25,649 bases of DNA from positions 1 through 25,649 of the forward strand of contig JBDKSP010000040.1 of assembly GCA_039680575.1 (NCBI GenBank), in the 5' to 3' direction. The stretch comes from Armatimonadota bacterium (lineage in GTDB: Bacteria; Armatimonadota; UBA5829; DTLH01). The position numbers and the translations under genes are program-made. The notes beneath the pieces are model-generated. The model saw only the letters and a list, made by a program, of their open reading frames with translations. It did no database searches and was not told the DNA's origin. This document shows positions 1 to 7,051 of this stretch, piece after piece (position 1 is the stretch's first letter; each line of letters starts with the position of its first letter).

Positions 1-26
1 CGTAAGAGTTCAGAGTTGATGAGTAT

Positions 27-180
27 AACATCATGCGGAATGTCCACAGCGTCATTTCGGGCTGCCACAACGTCATTCCGAGCTTGACTCGGAATCCAGG
101 AAAAGAATGGACCCTGAATCAAGTTCAAGGGTGACGTGTTGTTAGTTGTTCAGGGTGACGTGTTAGTTGTTCAGAGTGAT
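27..180. repeat. REP-like palindromic element (inverted doublet) with degenerate ~21-bp tandem copies of its ends
   Basis: Hairpin ATTCCGAG-cttga-CTCGGAAT (75-95) and hairpin ACCCTGAA-tcaag-TTCA(A)GGGT (111-132), with mutually complementary loops; outer ends CGTCA...TGACG. The TCAT core recurs at 31/52/73 and the GTGA core at 131/155/176. Confidence 0.7.
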
Positions 181-247
181 ATATAATTCTTGCAAGAGTG
201 AACTATTACATAGCATCGAATTCGCCGCTGATCCGGCAAAATAGACG

Positions 248-640
248 CTATAAGCCGAAACCCTGGCCGCGAAAGTGTTTATCATACGCAAAAACCCTCT
301 CGATACCGAGCTTTCGCACAATTTCGAACCCTATACAATCTACCAGACTGGGGCCATGCCTGCCGGTGGTTAACAAGGCACTGATTCCTGCATTGTGGGT
401 TATCTCATCTACCCACTCGATCACAACCACGGACATTACATCCATCTGAAACCTGCGGACTGCCGGTATTCCAAAACGCTTGCGTAGGAGAGCTGTTGTT
501 TCAACTATAACATAGTTAGAGGTTACAAGGGATTCCTTGTTGTTTATCATATCGGTCCAGACTTGCCCTGCCTCATGATGGTTTTGATCATCCTCATCGA
601 GAACTGCAAGAAAAGCGGATGTGTCGATATACGTACTCAA
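248..640 (-). CDS. vapC: PIN-domain type II toxin (VapC family ribonuclease)
   Basis: 130 aa; YIDTSAF, VIVET, SLVDC and YDKHF supply the acidic PIN residues. TTG start overlaps the antitoxin stop (TTGA at 637-640). Confidence 0.92.
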   Translation of the reverse strand: MSTYIDTSAFLAVLDEDDQNHHEAGQVWTDMINNKESLVTSNYVIVETTALLRKRFGIPAVRRFQMDVMSVVVIEWVDEITHNAGISALLTTGRHGPSLVDCIGFEIVRKLGIERVFAYDKHFRGQGFGL

Positions 641-885
641 TCCTTGAACGCCTCCTCCAGATATTCGTCGTGCTTTTCCGATAAATCTCCCGTGCCTGAG
701 TGCAGGAATCCGACAGCGCCAATTGCTCTTCTTCTGATCTCCTCGTCATCTGGGATGCGATGTGTTACCAACATCCTGTCAACACACCGGCGTATAACCT
801 CCGCCATTGATACGCCCTGATGTGCTGCAATCTCTTTTAACTCTTTAGCTTGTTTTTCAGTTAGTTGGATTTGTGTGCGTACCAT
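637..885 (-). CDS. Ribbon-helix-helix (CopG-like) antitoxin, VapB-type
   Basis: 82 aa; MVRTQIQLTE...GVSMAEVIRR RHH pattern and C-terminal GDLSEKHDEYL typical of VapB partners. Directly upstream of and overlapping the PIN gene; GAGG RBS at 896-899. Confidence 0.88.
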   Translation of the reverse strand: MVRTQIQLTEKQAKELKEIAAHQGVSMAEVIRRCVDRMLVTHRIPDDEEIRRRAIGAVGFLHSGTGDLSEKHDEYLEEAFKD

Positions 886-899
886 AATGCATCAACCTC

Positions 900-929
900 T
901 GATTACATTATACCACAATGTGATTACAT
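900..929 (-). promoter_or_regulatory. TA operon promoter (extended -10) with overlapping putative autorepression operator
   Basis: Minus strand reads TGTGGTATAAT (917-907). Direct repeat TGATTACAT at 900-908 and 921-929; imperfect inverted repeat ATTACATT (902-909)/AATGTGAT (917-924). Confidence 0.65.
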
Positions 930-932
930 ATA

Positions 933-1892
933 TTATTTATCATCGCTCTCCGATTGCTGCCGCGCGGCTATTGCGGTGTTGATGAGTTTACAGGCGGTTT
1001 CTGGATTTTTCATACCAAATAGGTATTTTTTGCCTGCATTCGTCTCCAGATATAATCCATAACCTGATTTCATAATATATGCTTCCAGCTTAGAATATCT
1101 TCTTATCTCTTTACCATATCCACCGAAATCAGCCAAGGCATGATATTTTTGAATTCCACAGCTTTTAATATCACTAACCGAAACCACAACCCGATGAATA
1201 CCAAGTCGTACTGTTATCCGTTCGTTAGTCGCTGTGAATATTGATTGCGAATAGGTAATCCATAGAAGGATAGGCAGTGCTATAAAGAACAATGGCCACC
1301 ATTGGTCCAAGGTCAGTCTTGTAAAGACAGATATAAATACCAGACAGATTATGCCTATAATAACTACCCACTGGTAGTATTGGGTCTCTCTATAATAAAA
1401 AGGTTCACCTGGCTTTATATCTTCAATGTATGAGACGGGTTTGGTGGATGTATCTTCAACAATTACCGCCTTACGCGTATACTCCAACAAGCAGGCTAAA
1501 AAGAGCGCAATAGGTAATGAGCTAAACCATACATTATAAATCCATTCAGCTCGTTGATCGCCCAGGGCATCAACTATCCATCTTAAGGCTGGCCAAACCG
1601 ACCAATTCACAAGCAATATTAGAAGCGGGGTTCTGTAATTGTATCTCTTCTCAGTTTCACTTTTGACCCACAGATGATTTACAAGCAAAATAATCAACCA
1701 CCCGATGAGCAATGTAGCAACTTTCAGACTGAATTCCAGCAGCCAAGTGGCCTCCACGCTAAAGCCTGGCCTGGCATCAATATGCGGAAGCATCTCTCGT
1801 CGGTACAAGAGCGGTATCGCTGCTGCATAGGCCACCATAGCAAACGGCACGATCTCCAACCGCCACGGGTGCTCTCGAATCCACTGTCTCAT
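933..1892 (-). CDS. Multi-pass membrane protein with C-terminal bacterial PH-like soluble domain
   Basis: 319 aa with about 6 hydrophobic segments and a C-terminal beta-rich region (ITVRLG...SDIKS...FGGYG...GLYLETNAGKKYLFG). ATGA overlap with the GntR gene. Confidence 0.7.
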   Translation of the reverse strand: MRQWIREHPWRLEIVPFAMVAYAAAIPLLYRREMLPHIDARPGFSVEATWLLEFSLKVATLLIGWLIILLVNHLWVKSETEKRYNYRTPLLILLVNWSVWPALRWIVDALGDQRAEWIYNVWFSSLPIALFLACLLEYTRKAVIVEDTSTKPVSYIEDIKPGEPFYYRETQYYQWVVIIGIICLVFISVFTRLTLDQWWPLFFIALPILLWITYSQSIFTATNERITVRLGIHRVVVSVSDIKSCGIQKYHALADFGGYGKEIRRYSKLEAYIMKSGYGLYLETNAGKKYLFGMKNPETACKLINTAIAARQQSESDDK

Positions 1893-2272
1893 GCCTTATG
1901 TTCCTCCATTCGCCGCTTTAGAAGGTCGATCAGGTAATTATCGTCAAACCCCAGGTGATAGGCTTCCACGCGGAGGTGGTCGGCCATCTCTTCGATGATC
2001 TTCTCCTTGTCATCTTCCCTGAGCCGGTCTCCGCGCTCGGCAATTACGGTCACGCCGAAGCCGACCCGCATCCGCACGATCCCCTGCGCCTCAAGCTCCT
2101 TGTAGGCCTTGTAGACCGTGTTTACGTTGACCCCCAGATCAGCCGCAAGCTCGCGCACGGACGGCAGTTTGTCGCCCTTCTCAATCGTCCCGTCGGCTAT
2201 CTGTGCCTTTATCTGGTCGATTATCTGCTGGTAAATCGGAGAGTCCGAATCCTCCCGAATCCGTAGCAGCAT
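1889..2272 (-). CDS. GntR-family transcriptional regulator, YtrA subfamily
   Basis: 127 aa; PIYQQIIDQIK...GDKLPSVRELAADLGVNVNTVYKAYKELE...G.GVTV winged HTH with a short C-terminal domain; GGAG RBS. Confidence 0.93.
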   Translation of the reverse strand: MLLRIREDSDSPIYQQIIDQIKAQIADGTIEKGDKLPSVRELAADLGVNVNTVYKAYKELEAQGIVRMRVGFGVTVIAERGDRLREDDKEKIIEEMADHLRVEAYHLGFDDNYLIDLLKRRMEEHKA

Positions 2273-2292
2273 TGTACTACTCCAATACTAAG

Positions 2293-2313
2293 TGTTATAG
2301 AACATGTATAACA
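2293..2313. promoter_or_regulatory. Putative YtrA/GntR operator palindrome
   Basis: Perfect TGTTATA-N7-TATAACA 20 bp upstream of the GntR start; TTGACA on the minus strand at 2331-2326. Confidence 0.65.
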
Positions 2314-2372
2314 ATTATAGGCAAATGTCAAGGGGAAATTTAGAAAAAGGGGATGGTGAAATTCAAGATATA

Positions 2373-2413
2373 AGGATTTAGGGGAGAATGGTGCAAATCT
2401 ACCCCTAAATCCT
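2373..2413 (-). terminator. Hairpin, likely terminator of the C25 protease gene
   Basis: 12-bp stem AGGATTTAGGGG/CCCCTAAATCCT 17 bp after the stop codon; the U-tract is weak. Confidence 0.6.
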
Positions 2414-2430
2414 GACTTTCTCTATATTAG

Positions 2431-5400
2431 TTACCGGATGTCTTCCAGTCTTCTTGGAATAATCATCCTTACGTACTTTCCTCCGTACAAGTAGCCGGAG
2501 CTGATTCCTGTCACCGTCACAAACTGGCTGCTGGTAAATCCGGAACCAGGCCACTGGACATACACACCCGTGTTTTTAGTGCCGCTGGTTGATGAACCGG
2601 GCCAGAGGCCGCAGCCGTCATCTATGTAGAAATAAGCGGTACCTGTAGTTGTCACCTTGCCGCTTATGGTAACCAGTGTACCAGTATTGTTCAGCCCTGT
2701 AGCTGCGACCCACTGGCTTGAGCTAATAGCACTCCAGGTTGATCCCTGCAGGCCGAATGCCGCTCCACCGATTGTTTTGGTCGTCATATAAACCGGCGAT
2801 ACGGGATCGAGGATATTCTCCTGTCTCAGACCTGCAGCCACAAGCTCCAGCTCACCGCTTCGGACTCTCAGCCTGCCATGAACCGCCAGCGGAGCCCCTT
2901 CGGTCACTGCTCCCGGCCAGGCGATACGTATACCCTGGAAGCCGTCTCTTTCCTGAGCATAGAAACACCCCTGATATACTGCGCTCACAACTGCGTTGGA
3001 GAGCATCGCGCTTTGCCCACTGGCCAGGTTTTTGAGACTCCCTACACTTCCCATAGACTGGAGAACATCTCCCCAGATCTCGATATTATCTATATTCCAG
3101 CCGTTCAACGTAAAGCTGCTGTCTGTCGTGCCCATTCCCCACCGAATATAGACGTGGGGCTCATAATCAGCGACAGTAGATATGTCATAGGTCTGAAGCG
3201 ACCAAGCGTTCTCGGATATGATTGTACTGTGATTACTCCAGACTGTAGTCCAATTGACGCCGTCATTTGAGACCTGTATGTTGGCATGATCACAATTTGA
3301 TCCTTCAACCCCGAGCCATCGGCGGAATTCAAGCGTAGTATTCCCCAGATTGGAGCAGTCAATAGCTGTCGTAGTCAGGTAATGGGTGACCGTCATACTG
3401 TTCTGGTAGTCACCACTCAGTTCATATCCATAAACGCAGCTGCCGTCATATCCGGCAGTAGGGTCAACGCCATTCTCTGATCCGCCACCTGTCGGCGTTC
3501 CAAACGCCCAACCGGAATCACAAGCCCATCCAGGGTTACTGTCCAGCGGGAAGCTGTATATCAGCGAAGTTGGCGGCGTGATACTGAACATGTAGTATCC
3601 TGAGCTTGGCGAGACCGACTGCTTCCTCTGGTTGTATCTGTCTGTCGCCGTGATCTTGTAGGAATACCAGTCTCCCACAGTGGTCGAACCAGGAATACTG
3701 GCGGTATAATTGTTCGGTGTCGCAGCGTCAGTGGACTTGGTCATTGTGACCGAAGTCGTCGATCCGCTGTTTTTCGAATATGTCAGCACAACCGACGAGA
3801 CTCCCCAGTTGTCGGTTACGGTCGCTGTAACAGGATACGGTCCGGCATCCGAAGTATTGCTGAGCGGTGTATGCACTATCACCGGCGGTACTGTATCCAG
3901 AATAACGTTGAACGTATGGCACACGGTCGGAGCATTCGCTGGTGAATAAGCCGTTCCTGCCGAACTCGCAGCCTCGATATAATAGCTCACCAGCGTACCG
4001 CCCGATTGCGCCGGGATATAGCCGACATAAGTATTTCCGCTGCTGAACGTCATCGTAACCTGGTTGAAACTCCCGTCATTTGCTTTCCAGTTGAGTATCG
4101 GGCTGCCCGATAGCGGCTGGTCACCCCTCGCAACGACAGTCGCACTAATCGTGTAAGGCGATGTAGTCACATCCGTATTTGAGCAAGTAGTATGACGGAT
4201 ATATGGTTTTGTCAGGGAACCTGATATCTCTATATCATCGATGTTCCATCCGGGGTAATTTACGGTTTTATCAGTAGATCCCATCCCCCATCGGATGTAC
4301 ACATAGGGCTGCCCATCAGCATATGCTGAAATGTCATATGATACCCGCGTCCAGGCGTTGTCAGATATAGCTGTAGTAGAGTTGGAAGCAATAGTCGTCC
4401 AGGAAGTGTTGTTATTCGACACTTGTAAGGTCGCCTTGTCGTAAAATGAGCTGTCTACTCCCAGCCAGCGCCAAAAACTGAGTGTTGTTCCCTCCAGCAT
4501 GCTGCAGTCCAGTGCCTGGGTAGTCGCATACTTAACACTCATCAAACTCTCATAATCACCGTTCAGATTATAACCCAGAACATTCGGTCCCGTGCGTCCT
4601 GCGGTTGGATCATGGTTATAAGAACCGCCGCCGGTAGGCTGACCTATAGCCCACTCGCCTTCGAGTGTCCATGCCGGAGTTATATCGAAGTTATAAGTAT
4701 AAGCGGGGTAAGTGACATTAATAGAAAACTGCTTCCTGGCTGTTCTTCCGCTGTTGTCAACACACTTTACGGTAAATGTAGATAATCCGGGAGCCGCGGG
4801 TGAACCGGAAATCACGCCAGCGGTGCTGAGTGTCAGCCCGGATGGCAGGCTCCCGCTTTCTATGCTCCATGTATACGGAGTGTCACCGCTGGAAGCGCTC
4901 AAAGTCATAGAATATCCGCTGCCCGCTTTTCCACTCGGAAGCGATGCAGTATCTATATCGATACTCGTTTGCGATCTTGGAGTTACCGTCGGGTCGCCGT
5001 AAAGGTTAAAAACCAGATGATTAGCCCAAATGAACGAGAGTATAGAATAACTCGTCTTCATATTGAAAAATGCGTCGCCGCATCTCTGCCGCTCTTTCGC
5101 AAGCCGTATCGCGTAACGATAAGCCATGCCGCCATTTGAAGCAGTATTCGTAAAACTAGTCTCACCGGGATAGTACCAGGAGACTCTGGATGCTGATACC
5201 GTTGCTATGGCACCTTTTCTGAGCAGATAATAACCCAGGTTGTTCGTATACTCCGGCTGACCATTCAGGCAGGATGCCTGGAATGTGAATGCCGGTTTGC
5301 TGTCATCAAGATATGTGCAGTAGGAACTCTGAAATACAGAGCTGGCAGATGTTGCACTCCCATGTGTAGTCCAGAACACGAACCCGTAACCTTTAGCCCA

Positions 5401-6795
5401 CTCGTTCTTTACATTATCTATCGTGCAGGGAGTCAATTCGGGCACAGGATCGGCTGTGTAATTTGCATCATAGATCCTGTAGCTGTCCAGGCTTGCCGCA
5501 ACTGCTACATTCTGCCTTATCTGATCACCCAATTGCCACATCGGGGTACTTGTGTCCAGCGGCTTCATCGGAAGAAGCATCCTGTCCGCCCACTCGCCGA
5601 CCGCGGTATTAGTCTCGTATGTAATGATCTTCTGCAGAATGCTGTCCAGATCGGTTATCGATCCATAATACGGAATTCGCCCAATAATCACCTCTGGGAT
5701 TATGTCTATGCCGCCTATACCGAAATCACCGACCAATTCGCCGTACTGCCCATCGCCGTCTAGGTCCCAATTGCCGGTCAGGTCCGCGTAATAGTAATCC
5801 GAGGGAGCATCTTTATAATCAGACTGATTGGCACGTGGCCAAAGCATCTTCATCGGCACGTCTCCGTCGGAAGGGTCAGGATCGCCGATCAAAATTGCAT
5901 ACTGAGCTTTCGCAGCATAGTTATTTTTGAGCCAATTCCTTATGTTCTCCGCGGCTGTATTTCCTGTCCCGCCGCCCCATTGGCTCTCTGTAGCTACAGT
6001 GACACTGAACCCCATATTTGTCTTGTGTGTCACGAAGGATGAAAACTTGCTGCTGCTGTTTACAATGGATGATGTGGTTATAATTGCAAGAGGAGTCGAA
6101 GCTGCGGCAGCTTCGGTCAGTGAGGGTCCCTTACTGCTGTACCATTCACTTGCCTGATCCCCGTTTACCGCGAGTTTGCTCAAGCGATCGGTTGCATCCG
6201 GGTATGTGGCCGTGCTTTGCAGTGTCAAGGTCAGGGTATCGAAGATTATCGCAACATCACCACTCACCAGATGCATCAACTCGCCCGTCTTGGGGTTATA
6301 CCGGTAAGGCCAGAACTCGACAGGCACAAGTTGATACTTTCCGAGCTTACCATCAAAGCCTAGCATAGCATAATCGGAAGGATAAAAACTGTTTTTGTTA
6401 TAGACCAGGACATTCCGGCTATTCTCTATCTGCACACCGGAACCCCAATCCTCTATGACCTGATCATCGATGCTGGTAACTGCAGGAGGCACGGGAGAAA
6501 CATCAAAAACACCGGGGACTTTCTCTTCTACAGCATTTCTGATCTCGATTCGGAGGGTCGTTACATCCGCATTCGGGGGCAAAAGCACATACTGTCCAAT
6601 AAAAGGAAGCGCCGGATTGCCGGAAGTCCCGTTTGTAGAGAATTCAGGGATCTTCACATTCACCTGTCCGCTTCCCGCGTCCACAATTTCTGCGTTCCCG
6701 CTTACAAAGGGAACTACTACTTCACCGGCCAATGCAGCAGTCGATAAGATTAAGGTCAGCACTGCAATCAGCAGCGCTAGTCTCTGCAATGACAT
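2431..6795 (-). CDS. Secreted peptidase C25 (gingipain-like) multidomain protein: signal peptide, propeptide, catalytic domain, putative Ig repeat, two jelly-roll adhesin-like domains flanking two Ig-like domains, and a conserved C-terminal domain
   Basis: Signal MSLQRLALLIAVLTLILSTAALA; propeptide GNPALP...PYRYNPKTGEL; C25 motifs ILIGD, SDYYYADL, IGRIP, FWTTHG (His), ASCLNG (Cys), FNLYGDP; He_PIG-like GSLPSGLTLSTAGVISGSP; AAGGAG RBS. Confidence 0.88.
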   Translation of the reverse strand: MSLQRLALLIAVLTLILSTAALAGEVVVPFVSGNAEIVDAGSGQVNVKIPEFSTNGTSGNPALPFIGQYVLLPPNADVTTLRIEIRNAVEEKVPGVFDVSPVPPAVTSIDDQVIEDWGSGVQIENSRNVLVYNKNSFYPSDYAMLGFDGKLGKYQLVPVEFWPYRYNPKTGELMHLVSGDVAIIFDTLTLTLQSTATYPDATDRLSKLAVNGDQASEWYSSKGPSLTEAAAASTPLAIITTSSIVNSSSKFSSFVTHKTNMGFSVTVATESQWGGGTGNTAAENIRNWLKNNYAAKAQYAILIGDPDPSDGDVPMKMLWPRANQSDYKDAPSDYYYADLTGNWDLDGDGQYGELVGDFGIGGIDIIPEVIIGRIPYYGSITDLDSILQKIITYETNTAVGEWADRMLLPMKPLDTSTPMWQLGDQIRQNVAVAASLDSYRIYDANYTADPVPELTPCTIDNVKNEWAKGYGFVFWTTHGSATSASSVFQSSYCTYLDDSKPAFTFQASCLNGQPEYTNNLGYYLLRKGAIATVSASRVSWYYPGETSFTNTASNGGMAYRYAIRLAKERQRCGDAFFNMKTSYSILSFIWANHLVFNLYGDPTVTPRSQTSIDIDTASLPSGKAGSGYSMTLSASSGDTPYTWSIESGSLPSGLTLSTAGVISGSPAAPGLSTFTVKCVDNSGRTARKQFSINVTYPAYTYNFDITPAWTLEGEWAIGQPTGGGSYNHDPTAGRTGPNVLGYNLNGDYESLMSVKYATTQALDCSMLEGTTLSFWRWLGVDSSFYDKATLQVSNNNTSWTTIASNSTTAISDNAWTRVSYDISAYADGQPYVYIRWGMGSTDKTVNYPGWNIDDIEISGSLTKPYIRHTTCSNTDVTTSPYTISATVVARGDQPLSGSPILNWKANDGSFNQVTMTFSSGNTYVGYIPAQSGGTLVSYYIEAASSAGTAYSPANAPTVCHTFNVILDTVPPVIVHTPLSNTSDAGPYPVTATVTDNWGVSSVVLTYSKNSGSTTSVTMTKSTDAATPNNYTASIPGSTTVGDWYSYKITATDRYNQRKQSVSPSSGYYMFSITPPTSLIYSFPLDSNPGWACDSGWAFGTPTGGGSENGVDPTAGYDGSCVYGYELSGDYQNSMTVTHYLTTTAIDCSNLGNTTLEFRRWLGVEGSNCDHANIQVSNDGVNWTTVWSNHSTIISENAWSLQTYDISTVADYEPHVYIRWGMGTTDSSFTLNGWNIDNIEIWGDVLQSMGSVGSLKNLASGQSAMLSNAVVSAVYQGCFYAQERDGFQGIRIAWPGAVTEGAPLAVHGRLRVRSGELELVAAGLRQENILDPVSPVYMTTKTIGGAAFGLQGSTWSAISSSQWVAATGLNNTGTLVTISGKVTTTGTAYFYIDDGCGLWPGSSTSGTKNTGVYVQWPGSGFTSSQFVTVTGISSGYLYGGKYVRMIIPRRLEDIR
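3069..4701 (-). repeat. Internal duplication of a ~160-aa domain (about 4220-4701 and 3069-3558) around two related Ig-like units
   Basis: Both copies share WA.G.PTGGGS...DPTAG, GDY, DCS.L..TTL.F.RWLGV, QVSN...WTT, NAW...YDIS..AD..P.VYIRWGMG.TD and GWNID.IEI.G. Confidence 0.85.
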
Positions 6796-6931
6796 TTGAT
6801 ATTACTCCTTTTCATGGTCCAGAATGCAGCTCACAGCTGCTGCTCTGCATCCCTCATGAAACAATACGCTCGGCCATCTGCCAGCAGATGTATTCCCACG
6901 ATTGTATAATTCCATGTTACACCACGAATGC

Positions 6932-6940
6932 ATTATATCA
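6932..6940 (-). promoter_or_regulatory. Putative extended -10 promoter of the C25 protease gene
   Basis: Minus strand TGATATAAT about 135 bp upstream of the ATG; no clear -35. Confidence 0.45.
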
Positions 6941-6991
6941 TGAAACTCTATAGCTGCTTGGAGTGAAAAGGTGGAAAGGCAGATGTCAGCT

Positions 6992-7030
6992 ACAAAAATC
7001 CCCCGGTGGATGTTTCCAACCGGGGGATTT
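6992..7030 (-). terminator. Rho-independent terminator of clpC
   Basis: 12-bp stem AAATCCCCCGGT/ACCGGGGGATTT running into TTTTTGT on the minus strand, about 20 bp after the clpC stop. Confidence 0.85.
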
Positions 7031-7051
7031 ATCGTCTTTATCCAGTATTGA

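Noticed and set aside
27..180. CRISPR array
   Set aside because: Units are ~21 bp, degenerate, in two orientations and without unique spacers; the pattern fits a REP-like element.
6866..6883. Sigma-54 site upstream of the C25 protease (TGGCAG...)
   Set aside because: The GG to GC spacing is not the required 10 nt.
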